A DNA stretch of 64,000 bases, from NCBI RefSeq assembly GCF_009914755.1, contig NC_060932.1; one strand, given 5' to 3'. Shown piece by piece: positions 1 to 13,739 of this stretch. The notes under the pieces are model-generated. The model searched no databases and was not told the origin of the DNA. It was given only the letters and a program-made list of their open reading frames with translations. Every line of letters starts with the position of its first letter. The stretch's first letter is position 1. The DNA is from the human T2T-CHM13v2.0 reference genome, Homo sapiens. Position numbers and translations under genes: made by a program.

Positions 1-174
1 ACATAGTTTCACTTACTTACAAAATTCTCTTGGGGAGCATCACACCTTCTCTTCCCACCTTAGTTGAGGATTTCTGCTAAAATACAAATACAGTAACACT
101 CTTACTAATTACATCTTCAGTTCAGATTTCTTTATCTCATGCACTAAACAGAAAATCATTAGGGCAAGGCTTTA

Positions 175-778
<604 letters not shown>

Positions 779-782
779 TGAA

Positions 783-807
783 GCACGCACACACACACAC
801 GCGCGCG
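783..807. repeat. (CA)n(CG)n alternating purine-pyrimidine microsatellite
   Basis: GCACGCACACACACACACGCGCGCG read directly. Confidence 0.85.
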
Positions 808-1727
808 AAAAAATCCCGCATCTATTTAATTCAGAAGTCATTAAGGAATTTTGAAGAGCTCTGTCACACAGAAGTTTCTGTTTTCTTCCATTTCAATTTT
901 CAGAGAAATAGAACGAATGGCATATGAAAAACGAACTCACAAAACTGTCTAAGAAATATCAGTTGCTGTGGCCAAAGCTTTGCTGTTATTTCTCGTGACC
1001 ATTAATTGAAGTCCAAAAGGAATTCATATTCTATCCCCATGAGTTCAGCACCCAATGTCCCTTGTCCGGATCACACCCCTGTCCTTGATTCTGTTCTATT
1101 ACTGGTTGATATGACCAGATACTGTAAAGATTTAATGCTGTAAACCAAATTTATGACTAATAGCTACAGATGGCTTTTCTCATAAATAAACTACAAGAAC
1201 CTCTCCATGAGCTTCAGTCTGGAGTCCTTTTTTACTGGAAACAATACCAATATAAGACTGGTTTTGAAACCTCGCTGGAAAGGATTTAAATTTTAATTAT
1301 GATTAAATACTAACAAAGCATTTACGTAATAAGGCATAGATTCCCAGATCCACATTTCCAAACCCCCAATACATCATATTACCATAATCTGAACACATTT
1401 ATACTTGGATATCTAAAACAGGATTCTCCGGAAGTAGACAAAGTTATAAAGGAGATACTTTTTTTTTTTCAAGAAACTCAAAGAACAAATTTCCAGAATG
1501 AGGTGGTGTCCACCCAAGATTCCCAAAGACCCACAAATGCCATGAGCCACCAAATGTCTCATGCTTCTTGCCTTTCTTCTCTCTCTTCTCTTACTCTGCT
1601 AAGCTATTAACGGATTGGAGTGGGTAGTTTGAGACAACTGACTCAGGAGTTGAGGTAGGTTTGGTTTTCTTGTTGATATGGTTCCCTTCTTCACACCACA
1701 GCTTGAAGTTCCTCTAGAGTGACCTTG

Positions 1728-1936
1728 GAGTCTGGGAAGGACACTTTGACATTACCCATGTCACCATTTCCCCAAGTCTGAACACTGAACTGCAGAGAGA
1801 GACACTCTCTGTGTGTGAGGATAGTGAAATGAGCACTTCACTTCACTGAAGAATTCTGAACCAGGCCAGACCCCAAGAACTCAGGCTTCAGAACAGCCTC
1901 TGCAAACCCAGATCCCAAGACCTCCCCAATGCCAAG
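1728..1936 (+). mobile_element. L1M 5'UTR-type fragment; inverted copy of 4306-4512
   Basis: Colinear with the reverse complement of 4306-4512, e.g. GAGTCTGGGAAGGACACTTTGAC, CCATGTCACCA, GAGCAC..GACTTCACTGAAGA-like block, CTGCAAACCCAGA. Confidence 0.75.
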
Positions 1937-2442
1937 AACCTTGTCCTTTGGATGGGGGAACTTGATGAAGGACTTTCACAATGTTTCTGCTACATCTTCA
2001 GCTTTAAGCCCAACCTGTTTGCCAATTCCCTATAGTCTCTATCTTTCTCATTCTTCACTTGGAAACCATTCTTTGCATGTTACTCAGCGCCTGCTATCCT
2101 TTTCCTATGGGGAGATAGAAGTTTCTCTCTCTTTCTCTGTTCTCTTGGCCCTGCTTCGCTGTGTCTTAGGAAGTGGGCTTTCTTCATGATACTTCATCTT
2201 GTCTAGTATTAAAAGACTTCTAATAATATTGGAATTGAATCCTGGGCCCAGGACCATTTCCTATCCCTTCCCTAGGAGGAGGTTTTTTGGTTTGTTTGTT
2301 TGTTTTGTTTTTTTCCTCCATCTCTCAGCAGCAGTTGGCCTTCACCTGTGTCCTCCTTGTGGTGACTGTTTAATGTGGTGACTGACTTTCTCCAGTAGTT
2401 TAATGATTTTATTCACTAGGGAAGAAAGGTGTGAGTGGGACT

Positions 2443-2949
2443 CTTTTTTAGTTTGTTATACTTTATTTTATTTTAAAAAATTCATTGACAAATAATTGTA
2501 TGTATTTATAAAATATAATGTAAAATTTTTATATCTGTCTACCTTGTGGAATGATTAAAGCAAGTACATTAATATATCCATCACTTCACTTACTTGTCAT
2601 GTGCATGTGTGCATGAGGGAGTGTGTGTTTTGAACATTCAAAATCTACTCTTAACAATTTTGAACTGTACAATACATTACTATTAACTGTGGTCATGATG
2701 CTGTGCAATAGATCACTAAAACTTATTCCTTCTCTCTAACTGGAACTTTTACTATTTGATCAACATATTCTCTTTTCCTGTGTTCTCTCCCCCAATACCC
2801 TGGCCCTGGTAACCAACATTCTACCCTCTGCTTCTATGAGTTTCACTTTTTAGTATCCCACATATAAGTGAGATCATGCAATATTTGTTTTTCTGTGCCT
2901 GGTTTATTTCACTTAAGATAATGTCCTCCAGGTTCATCCATGTTGTCAC
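2443..2949 (-). mobile_element. 5'-truncated L1MA-type LINE, 3' end
   Basis: Antisense L1MA 3'UTR motifs (AAATCTACTC, CCACATATAAGTGAGATCATGCA, GTCCTCCAGGTTCATCCATGTTGTCA); 11-bp TSD TGAGTGGGACT at 2432-2442 and 2950-2960. Confidence 0.88.
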
Positions 2950-3109
2950 TGAGTGGGACTTTGTACTTTTTTTCCCTCTTAGCAACTGCTTCTCTCCTCC
3001 AAGCTTGCCCCACCTACTGAAGCTTTTTTAAATCTCCCAATCTGTCCCCAAACATTTTCTGAGCTGCTACTGGACTTCCATCTATAAAAGCTTCTGTGTA
3101 CACTTACCT

Positions 3110-4682
3110 TGTATCAGTGGTTGTCAAGAATATATACTTTTAAATGACCTGTCTTTGAGATCACTGATTTCTATTTCTGGTTGATCAAGTCTGCTCTTGA
3201 AGCTCTCTATGGAATTCTTCAGTTCAGTTCTTTATTCTTCCTCTACAGAATTTCTGTTTGGTTCTTTTTTGTGGTGTCTATCCCTTTCTTGAACTTCTAA
3301 TTTTGTTCATGTATTATTTTCTTGATTTTGTTTAGTTTTTATTTGTGTTATAGCTCATTGAACATCTTTAAACTATTTATTTTTAATTCTTCATAAGGCA
3401 GTCTGTAGAGCTCCATTTTTATAGAGTCAGTTAGTAGTGATTTATTTTACTCCTTTGGTTGTCATGTTACCCTGATTAGTCGTGGTCTTTTTAGGCTTAC
3501 ATTGGTGTCTGTGTTTGAAGCAGTGGGCATCCCTTCCAGTCTTTACATACTGGCTTTGGCAGGAAGAGTCAAAGAGCCCATCCAGAGATTCTGGGTGTGA
3601 CAGCTAGTAGGGTCCATGGTTGGGTTTGCTGCTGGAGTTCTAAAGTGGACTGGCCTTGTGCCTGGATTAGCAAACAGGTTGGCCTGGCACTAAGTTCTGT
3701 GAGTGCAGACCTGGAGCTTAAGTCCAAGGGGACTGGCCCAGGTGTTGGGATCCACTGGGGCAGGCCTAGTGACTTGGTCTGTGCAGGCATGCCTGGAACT
3801 GGGTTTATGGAACCTGAATCTAGGCAGGCCTAGAGTCTGGTTCCACAGTGGGTAGCCTGAAGTCTGGGTTCTTGGGTGCTAACTCATCTCCAGGACAGGC
3901 CTTGAGCCTGAGTCAGTTGGGACCAGCCTGTTACTGGAATGCACCTGGTGCTTGGGTATGAAGGGATGGGCCTACACCTGGGCCAGGTAGCATCAGGCTG
4001 TTTGGCTGCAGAGTCCCCTAAGGTAGGCCTGGTTTCTGCATCAGTGGTGGGTGGTACTTGGAGCCTGGGTTCTTAGGGGCCAGCCCAGCACTGGGGTCTA
4101 TTGGAACAGGCCTGAACCCTAGGTCCATTAGAGTCTAGGGCCACAGGGGCCAGCCTAGAGCCTGGGGCTGTGTGGGCTGTCCTGGCTCTGGGGTGGTCCT
4201 GCAGCCCGGCTTTACAGGGTCCAGTCTGGCACTGGGGTCTACTTGGGTGGGCATATTGCCTGGATCTACTGGGGAAAGCCTGAAGCCTGGGTCTGAGGTT
4301 GTCAACTTGGCATGAGGGAAGGTCTGGGGTCTGGGTTTGCAGGGGCTATTCTGGAGCCTGTGTTCTTGGGGGCTGGCTGGTGGGCACAGGCCTGGTTCTG
4401 GGGTCTTCAGTGAAGTCAGGTGCTCACTTAGCTCATCGTCTCCCATGCTGGTGCAGTGCTCAGGCTTGAGGGACTGGTGACATGGTTTTGTCAAAGTGTC
4501 CTTCCTAGACTCTTCAATGTATCTTGTGTTATTTCTGTGCTATACCCAGATGCTCTAATCTGTCAAATAGGTTCCTTAGCATTTGTGAAAATCTTTTCAT
4601 AAATAGATTGTTGTTCAAATTGATGATTTTACACAGGAATGAGTGCTGGAAATTTTTATTTTGCCATCAGGCTGATGTCACT
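3110..4682 (-). mobile_element. Old L1M 5' portion (5' end, GC-rich repetitive 5'UTR, start of ORF1)
   Basis: Antisense ORF1-like T-rich segment 3110-3560; repeated GGCCTG/GAGCCTG units 3570-4500; L1M 5'-terminus-like TTTGCCATCAGGCTGATGTCACT near 4660-4682. Confidence 0.72.
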
Positions 4683-4713
4683 CTTTATAAATCACATTTC
4701 TAAACCTAATTTC

Positions 4714-4744
<31 letters not shown>

Positions 4745-4782
4745 GTGTATATATATATTTGTGTATATATATATAATATATA
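4714..4782. repeat. (TA)n microsatellite, imperfect
   Basis: Read directly. Confidence 0.9.
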
Positions 4783-4877
4783 AAGGATACCGTTCCTAAG
4801 ATACCATTATTTAATACTAATATCTCTTAAAATTCTGCAAGAATTGAGCTCCAGATCACTTTTTTTCCACTCACAGT

Positions 4878-5169
4878 ATTTTTTTTTTTTTTTAGATGGA
4901 GTCTTGCTCTGTTGCCTAGTCTAGGATGCAGTGGCATGATCTTGGCTCGCTGAAACCTTTGCCTCCTAGGTTCAAGCAATTCTCCTGCCTCAGCCTCCCA
5001 GGTAGCTGGGATTACAGGCACCCGCCATGCCTGGCTAATTCTTGTATTTTTAGTAGAGATGGGGTTTCACCATGTTGGCCAGGCTGGTCTCAAACTCCTG
5101 ACCTCGTGATCCACCCGCCTCGGCCTCCCAAAGTGCTGGGATTACAGGAGTGAGCCACTGCGCCCGGCC
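4878..5169 (-). mobile_element. Full-length Alu (AluSg-like)
   Basis: Poly-T then antisense Alu dimer; TGACCTCGTGATCC with TTGGCCAGGCTGG; ends GCGCCCGGCC. Confidence 0.93.
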
Positions 5170-5519
5170 TGGACTAGTGTGGGAAAGGTTTTTAAGAGTA
5201 TAGCCCTAGGCAGTGTTACTGAAAAGGGCTATGGATTAATGAGAAAAGAGAAGATACAGAAAGATGCCAGAGTAACAATTCTTGAGAAATGGAGGATAGA
5301 GAGAATTTCAAAAATGAAATATTTTTAGTTACTTAATAAGTAACAAGTTTGCCAACAGCCCATTGCAGAGGCTAAGGCAACCACTGAAGCATGTTTTATT
5401 TAATTTAAAATATAGTGCACAGACTGACCTATCTATAATATTTGGATCTTTATGTGTGAGCATTATTGTTTGTAATCATGTTTTTATCTTCCAAATCTCT
5501 CTTGAGCTGTTTTTAATAT

Positions 5520-5776
5520 ATTTTGAGCATCCCAAGTCTGAAAATCCAAAGTTTCCAATGATCTAAAATTCAAAACTTTTTGAGCACTGACATGACACGT
5601 AAACAAAATGCTCATTAGAACATTTTGGATTTTGGATTTTTGGATTTGGAGTACACAAGCAGTAGGTATTATGCAAATATTTAAAAATCTGAAAAATATG
5701 AAATCTTAAATCCTTCTGGAGTTTAATCCTTAATGCTTAAATCCTAAGCATTTTGGATAAGGGATACTCAACTTGC
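5520..5776 (-). mobile_element. Tigger4a/MER46A (TcMar-Tigger non-autonomous DNA transposon)
   Basis: TIR-like ends TTGAGCATCCC... and ...GGATAAGGGATACTCAACTTG; internal TTTTGGA repeats and TGAGCACTGACATGAC typical of the consensus. Confidence 0.82.
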
Positions 5777-7089
5777 ATTTATTGAAGATGCGAGTCTAAT
5801 GAATAGATAAGAGAACGACTGGTTTTTAACCCCTTGGTCAACACTAATTTTTTTTAGAATAGAGTTTTGATTCATAAATTTAAATTCTTTTACATTGGCT
5901 ATTATATATTATTTTTAAATAATGCAAATCGTATTTTAGATTTGACTTAATGATTACATAGCAATCTTTAGTGAATCCTCTTTTTCCTCTACTCTTAAAT
6001 AATTCTCCTATTTTCTAGTCAAATGCATTTTTTTGTATAATTTTGGGTATATCCACCTCCTTATTAAAATTTCTATTGAATCAGGACTAAATGTGTATTA
6101 ATTTTCTTCACGGGTTTATTTATTGTGTTTATAACAAAATTTCCACCCACAGTGATCTTTTCACAATTGTAGCTTTTTTATTTTTTACTATTTCACCTAA
6201 ATTATCTTTGTATGAAGACTACTATATTAAATATACAATTTTTCTATTGTCAGTTATAAATTATTATTAATTTGGCCTTCTGTTTATTGTCTTTATGTTT
6301 GGTTTGCTGGTTCCCTTTTTAGCTAGCAAATAAGATTTCTCTAAGAATTTCAGAAATAATTCAATTTGTAATGTCAAAGTTTTATAAAGGTTACTTTCAT
6401 AGAATATCTTCTTTAGGAGGATATTTAGGAGAAATATGTCAGAGTCTGCACTACCAAGAATGATTATGCTTATTTGTGCAACTGGCTTCTCTTGTACCTT
6501 ACTGGTATATTAATTTATGCATGTGACCATGTTTTCTTTTACATTGGCTGCTAAGAATTGTGGGACAATATTTATGACCCATGTGGTTAATATACTTGAC
6601 TTTTAAAGCTGTAGATTTGTAATATTTTTTGAAAAGTTGATAAAAATTTGGAGATGACTCTTATGGTTATCAACTTTTCAAATAACTTCTCGAATTACTG
6701 ATCAGAGAAAGCTCTATTTTGACTTTGATGAACTCAGTTAAAAAACACTGAAAAGAACTTTTTAATATTTGTCTAGTGCATAAATGCAAAAGTCAAAAGC
6801 CACATACATTTGTTTTGGTTCATATATAAAACATCAGAATATTTAAAAATTATCTGCTTCCTAAGCTTTTATTATAAAAGAGTTATAAATCTTGAAGACC
6901 TATACTATAATAGATTCCAGAAAGATGAGCTAAATAATTTATTTTTTATTACTGGTTTTCAAATAACCCAGGGTTAAACTAAGAGAAAATTGATTAAAGA
7001 AATCTTGCATAATTAAGCAAGCCTTTTTAGTTATCTTTCTTTGTCATTCATTTATTGTATATGCATTTGTACTTTTGAAATTATGGTCA

Positions 7090-7172
7090 AACCATGTTTG
7101 TCTTGTTTGCACCATCTCATCAGTGCCTAGCATAGTGCTTGGCTGTGGTTTGTGTTCAATCAATAATTAATT
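7090..7172 (+). mobile_element. L2 3'-end fragment
   Basis: CAGTGCCTAGCATAGTGCTTGGC...TCAATCAATAATT resembles the L2 tail. Confidence 0.5.
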
Positions 7173-9026
7173 AAGAACAAATCATAATACACACTTCTCA
7201 GACAGAAAACTATTTTAAATCTCTTTAGATTACCAATATATTAGACCTTGGTTTGAAGGAAGAGGGGTGGTTGGCCAGATTGTTGCTGTTCTTGTTGTTA
7301 TTTGACCAGTTAACTCCCGTCTCAATTCTGCCTTGGACCTTTTATTTACCCAGCTAAGATTAGAAATCATTAGAGGATCACAAAGCCAATACTCGGGACT
7401 CATACTTTCAATATATTATTTTTGGGCTTTCTACTAGTAATAACACATAGCCTGCTTTATCATAAATTTTTTTCTGTTTGAATAAGTAGTTACATTTTGG
7501 TAATCATCTTTTTAGCGTTCTTAAAAACAATTTTTACTTCTGTGTTCTAAAAGCACTTTAAACCCTACAATTCTAAATAATTAGGGATCCACTTCAACAT
7601 TGCTTTAGATGTGATGAAGTTTGGACAATCAATCAATCCTTCTTGTATCTACCAGTGACCCTATGTGACTGCTTTTTTTCAAGATTAATTAACCTTTCAA
7701 TTGATAACAAATGCATTTTTCTTCCTAAGACTTTTAACCTTAACATCTCTGCTGATATATATTCACGATTATGTAAGCAGTCATACTGGAGGACATATTC
7801 ATGGTACCCCTGAAAACTGGATCTCTATGTTGTAAAATATCTAAAGCTTATTTCTTTTATCAGTATAATCAAATGATTTCATGTAGGTTATAAATTACTA
7901 TCACAGTGCTTACATTTTTATCTGGGAATTCAAAAGAGTTGCTCAGGCAGAAAGGGAAAACACAGGTTTGTTATAGTCAAAGGGCATGAGGAGTATGATT
8001 TTACTACATGATGATTCTATGATTTTTCTACTCTGAATTATCTTATATTCCTATTTTTCTAGTTGTATATTTCTTATGGTTTTTTACTCTTATTATAAAG
8101 CCATCATAGTAAATGTAAAAAACAAATACTGTTCTGAAAGAATTCTGTGAATAATTCATTCCAGCTTTCATGCTTTTATTTTTTCTTTGATGCAAATGTT
8201 ATAAGTAACACAATTTAGTTTTTGTAAAAGCTTCAAGAAATCAGTAAATGTTTTTTAAAAGAATAAATATCACTTCTAAAATTCTGGAATTATTTGATCT
8301 TGGGATTCTAAAGCTTTATATAAAAGATCTTTTAAAATACTTCTCAGCTAATTCTGCCAATAGACAATTTTACTTAGTGCTGGACAGTGATCACATACAA
8401 ACACACACACAGAATTTTATGCCGTAATGGCAAGTTCCCAATTCCCACCATTGCCTCTGGCCCTGTACCTTCTTGATTACCCATTTATGTTAGCTGTTCT
8501 GCCTCTTCTACATTTAAGCATAGACCTTTGTTCTAAATTAAAACATAACATAAATATTTAAATTAGTATATACATGAGCAAGGATACTTTCAGTGAATCT
8601 TCAAGCAAACTTTAATGTAAAGGTAGCCTAATACTCATGATGAGTTATTTTTTCTAAATTTAGTATTAGAAATATAGAAGTATACTGCATACATGTCTTT
8701 CTTAGCCATCTCCCTGCCAAAAGGAAAAAAAAAAAAGAAATCAACAAATCCATAAACAAATCATTTTGGAGTCCCAATTTCCTTACTCAATTTTTTTCTA
8801 CTCTTTAAGAGAAATGATTTACTTTTAAAAATGTTGTGCCAAGGAAATAAACTAAAAAATTTAATCATAACAAACAACAAAAAATCCAAAAGCAGAACCC
8901 ACAAAAATTCTACAATTACTATACCTGAAAAATTAGGAGGAATGGTAAATAATATTTTTAAATCTGCCAACAAAATAGAAAATTTATAATAGGCACATAC
9001 AGAGAATATGTAATTTTAAAAAACCA

Positions 9027-9310
9027 GTCCAGGTGCAGTTACTCGCACCTGTAATCTTAGCACTTTGGGAGGCCAAGGTGGGCGGATTACCTGAGCTCAG
9101 GAGTTCGAGACCAGCCTGGGCAACAACAGGAAACCCCATCTCTACTAAAATACAAAAAATTACCCAGACATGGTGGCGTGCGGCAGAAGAATCACTTGAA
9201 CCTGGGAGGCAGAGGTTGCAGTGAGCTGAGATCGTGCCACTGCACTCCAGCCTGGTTGACAGAGACTTTGTCTCAAAAAAACAAAAACAAAACAAACAAA
9301 CAAACAAAAA
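9027..9310 (+). mobile_element. Alu (AluS-type) with ~30-nt deletion in right arm and (CAAA)n tail
   Basis: Sense Alu; GGCGTGC joins directly to GGCAGAAGAATC, so GCCTGTAATCCCAGCTACTCGGGAGGCTGA is missing. Confidence 0.92.
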
Positions 9311-10049
9311 CATCCCTCTTTTGCTGAGTAGAGTAATATAGAAATTCATGGGGAAAATGTGTTTTATTGTGAAAATTAAATGTTCAGTGACATAACCAAG
9401 CATTATACAACACAACTATGTAGGATTCTAAACTCAACTACAAATTTCTTTCTTCACATCAAAAAAATATCTCCAGATGGCAGTAGTACAGAAGATTTCC
9501 ATATGGGTATTGTGCATTATTTAAATCTGATTTTTATTCTGCTTACTGGAGCTGCAGATGGTGGTATAATTAAATTTTGACAGGGACCTCCAGCTACCTG
9601 TTAGCCTCAATCCAAACCTGAAAACCCCGTACCACACAGTGGACTCTAATTTCTATAATTTCAATTTCATTGGTTTCTAGGTGCACAAACTCTTTGAATG
9701 CCCTCTTTTAAATATACCTATGCTGTTTGAATAAATGTAGCCAAGACAAATTAAGACAATTTCATATTATGAAGATTATAATACTAGACTCAGACAAAAG
9801 ACAAAATTGTAAGGACTTTGATGGCAGGGTCATGTTTCACAGCTATTGGTAATCCCCTACACACATAATTTTTGATCAATTAATTTATTTGAGGAAATGT
9901 TGTAGAGTGATTCTCAAAAAAGAAATGGAATGAATCATGCTTTTCTTTTTACATATTTTTGTGATTTCATGAAGAATCACATTCATGACATGGTATGTAT
10001 TTGTTAAAGATGACTTCTTTTTCCATAAGTCATTAATTATGTCACAACC

Positions 10050-10770
10050 ACGCTAGTTGCCCAGGTGAAAAAATGGGATATAATTTTGGTCTCTTTCTTT
10101 CAACTTCAAACATGTCAAATCTCCATCACAAAGTTGTTCCCAAATCTAACCCATGTACTCCAGCCTGACTGTCATTATATGTGCCTGGGAACTATTTCTT
10201 CCTGGAATTGTTGAGCCATACTTTTTATTTTTTTCCCCCATCTATGCTCTACATTGCCATGAAAGTGATAATGTAAAAACACATGTGATTATGTAACTAT
10301 CTGCTGAAAAACCTTTGAGGGTTATCTACTTGTTACATACAGTATGTAGTCTAAGGCTCTTAGAATGGTATATAAAGCCCTGGGCTATTTTGGCATTACT
10401 TACTTCTCAGCCTTATTGCCTGCCAGATGTCTTCTTATGTCCAAATTATTCTGTCTGCCTGAAATGCCCTCCTTTTATTTCTTTATCTGACATGCTTCTC
10501 TCTATCCTTCAAAACTCAACTCCAGGTCACCTCTTTAGAAATCTTTTCTTGACAGTCTTATTCTGAATTTTGTGTGTCTCTCCTTTATTCCAATTATATT
10601 CCTCCTATATTCTCTCCTATATTCCAATTATATTTTTTGCTATCTTTCCAGGAAGAACCGACTTAAAATCCTCTATTAAACTCTCGAGTACTATTAAAGG
10701 AAGATGTATTTGTACTATTAACCTGCATAATGCCTGCATTGTAGGAGGTGATTAAGAGTAAGTCAATTAA
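10050..10770 (+). mobile_element. L2 LINE 3' region, degenerate
   Basis: TCTGCCTGAAATGCCCT, ATCCTTCAAAACTCAACTCCAGGTCACCTCT motifs in L2 order. Confidence 0.6.
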
Positions 10771-10792
10771 TTTCTTTTCTATTTAAGGTATG

Positions 10793-11346
10793 TGTGATGG
10801 TTAATTTGGGTTTCAACATGACTGTGTTAAAATATATAAATATAGCTGGTAAAGCATTATTTCTGGGTTGTATCTGTGAGGGAGTTTCTGAAATATATTA
10901 GGATTTGAATTAGTGCACTGAGTAAGAAAGATCCACCTTCAGTGTGGGCAGGGACCACCCAATTAGCTGAAGACTGGGTAGAACAAAATGGCAGAGGAAA
11001 GGTAAGTTACATTCTCTTTTCTGGGACAGGGACACACTACTTCTCCTGCCCTTGGACATCAGAAATCTAGGTTTTTCAGTCTTTGGGCTCTGGGACTTGC
11101 ACCAAGATCTCCCCCATCTCCAAATTTTCACTTCCACCCAGGTTCTCAGGCCTTTGGCCTTGGACTGAGAGTTATACCATTGGGTCTCCCCCAGTGAAGG
11201 TTCTTAAGCCTTCTGACTTGGACTGAGTCACACTACTGGCTTCTCTGGATCTCTAGCTTGCCAAAGACCCATTGTGAGACTTCTTAGCAGCCATAATCAC
11301 GAGTGAATTCCTCTAATAAATCCTCGAATAAATCCCCTCTCATGTC

Positions 11347-11415
<69 letters not shown>

Positions 11416-11470
11416 GTATATATAAGATATATATTTCCTATTGGTTTTGTCTCTGGATAATCTTAATACA
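10793..11470 (+). mobile_element. MLT2B-type ERVL solo LTR containing a (CT)n(TA)n tract at ~11350-11432
   Basis: Starts TGTGATGGTTAAT, has CTGGTAAAGCATTATTTCTGGG and AATAAA, ends CCTATTGGTTTTGTCTCTGG...TAATACA. Confidence 0.88.
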
Positions 11471-11649
11471 GTGCCTTAGTGGCACAGACATAATTAGGAA
11501 AGGGAGACAATTACATAATCTCATATAAACCAATGTGATTTTGTAACATTTTGAATAAAAAAGTAAATCTTAGTACAAAGCATAACATAATACAACTGTG
11601 AATCTCAATTTCCTGAGTGCAAATCCGCCCTGAATTTCCAGTAGCTCTT

Positions 11650-11980
11650 CTGTAAAGGTAATTTTTTAAAAGTATTTATTGTATAGGTTTATCTAAAGGA
11701 TTAAATCCATAATGTACATGAAGATGACTACCTAGCTTATGGCACATAGTAAAGCTATATTGTCTATGTTCAAAAACCTGGACATGTGAGTGTGATTCTC
11801 CATGTTTGAATTTCAGCTGAGCTTGATTAATCTCGAATTTTGTAACCTTTGAGAGGTTACTTAATCTCAGTATTCAAATTACAAAATAATAAGTTTATTA
11901 TGAATATTAAATAAAGTTTTCTATTTGAAGTGCCCAGCACATTGCAAGCATTCAATAAACATTAACTAGTGTTAATATTA
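11650..11980 (+). mobile_element. Two tandem MIR SINE fragments
   Basis: GGATTAAAT...GGCACATAGTAA (to ~11760) and GTTTGAATTTCAGCT...GTTACTTAATCTC...TTCAATAAACATTA. Confidence 0.6.
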
Positions 11981-13282
11981 TTAGAGTAGATACTTAATAA
12001 ATGATTATTTCCTGAGTTTTTCTTCCCACTCATACCTCAATATAAGTATGAAAAGTATTTAGTTAGGTGTTCTGACAGCAGCCACTATGGGAGATCATTA
12101 AGAATTTTAGTGTTAGGAATTTTAGCATAGAAAAACAATCAGAAGAACATTTTCAGATATTAAAGAGTGATAAAAATTGTTCATGTTTCTTGGAAGTTTT
12201 TTTCTTCTCATTGGTTATTATATTCCGAAAAGTATATTTTTGATAACTAATGTTTTCAAAGATTGGACAGGAGCATTCAATTGAAATTGAGGACACCATG
12301 GGATTTATTTATGAGCACTAGTGTCCTACAGGTATTGATAGTGTTGTCTCATTGCTTCAAACCTCCTGTCACTGTGATCTTAATCCTTCACAAATCTCCT
12401 CTATTAATAATAAGGAAAATTATATTTTTCATCTCAGGATGCAGTAATTGCCAAAGTCATCTGTTCCCTTACTATTTTCTAATTGTGTGACTATCTTAGC
12501 CAAGTTTTAATATACATGACTTTTTATTTGAAGCATTAAAAAAAATGGGTTTTTATTTTGAGATACCTACAGTGACACACCACATTAAACATTAAAGAGT
12601 GGAAACTGAAAATGCCTGCAGTAAACTGTTGCTGTCATAGCACCGCTGTATTTGTTTTAACTTATTTTCTGTGTTAACCTAAGATTGAATAACCAGTTGA
12701 GACTTTCTACTTAGTCTAAAATAGTTACAATTTCAAAACAATTTTAATGAGGTTTTTTTTTAAAAATATATCCTTTAAGATTATCTGCTTTTATTTCTGG
12801 AAGATGCAAGCATATAATCAGTGGTGCCTTATTTGAGTAGTAGATGAAACTTGATAAGTTTATTTCAATTAGGAGTAAATTAACAAAATAGTAATAACTC
12901 TATTTATAAAGAAGTAAATATTTTATTTGAAATAGTGGCAAAAAATTTCAAAATTCTAAAATCAAAAGTTTTATCTTACCACTAACAAACTTCTGAGTAC
13001 ATCCTTCTCTGGCTTTTGCACTATCCTCCTTCCATTTTTAAATGGCCCAAACCCTCACATTACTCCTAATTAATTCCAATACATAATGAATTTTAACAAG
13101 TTTTACAGAAATAATATTTTAAAACCTATAAGTGGTGTAGACTCTAACTAGATACAGAAAAGCATTAAATATTTTATTAGTAATGCTTATATTTGCTCAT
13201 GGGATTTAGTTCTTCCTAGTGCTCTTAGTTCTTTGTTTTGTGGTATAAACACAACCTCTTTTTCTGTTTTTATATTGCATTC

Positions 13283-13635
13283 TGATATGGTTTGGCTGTG
13301 TCACCACACAAATCTCATCTTGAATTGTACTCCCATAATTGCCACGTGTTGTGGGAGGGGCCCAGTGGGAGATAATTTGAATCATGGGGGCGGTTTCCCC
13401 TATACTGTTCTCATGGTAGTGAATAAGTCTCATGAGATCTGATGGTTTTATCAGGGGTTTCTGCTTTTGCATCTTCCTTATTTTCTCTTGCCGCTGCCAT
13501 GTTAGAAATACCTTTCACCTCCTGCCATGATTCTGAGGCCTCCCCAGACATGTGGAACTGTAAGTCCAATTAAACCTCTTTTTCTTCCCAGTCTCAACTA
13601 TGTCTTTATCAGCAGAATGAAAATGCACTAATACA
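13283..13635 (+). mobile_element. THE1A-type MaLR solo LTR
   Basis: TGATATGGTTTGGCTGTGTC...ACTAATACA; perfect 5-bp TSD CATTC at 13278-13282 and 13636-13640. Confidence 0.95.
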
Positions 13636-13739
13636 CATTCCAACTTTAAACTAATGGTATGGTTTTAGCTTTATTTATCTACCCCTAGCTCTCCTATGAT
13701 CTAGTTCCAACAGAGGATGGAGACATAAAGATACATGCC

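Noticed and set aside
3569-4494. GC-rich, Pro-rich ORFs suggesting a gene or CpG island
   Set aside because: Lies in a repetitive L1M 5'UTR and is CpG-depleted
4827-5153. Alu-derived ORFs (also 8984-9415, 24972-25498, 50765-51273, 57950-58182)
   Set aside because: Typical translations of Alu sequence with no evidence of real coding
6436-6513. 25-codon hydrophobic micro-ORF (MSESALPRMIMLICATGFSCTLLVY)
   Set aside because: Within chance expectation, with no supporting promoter, splice or homology evidence
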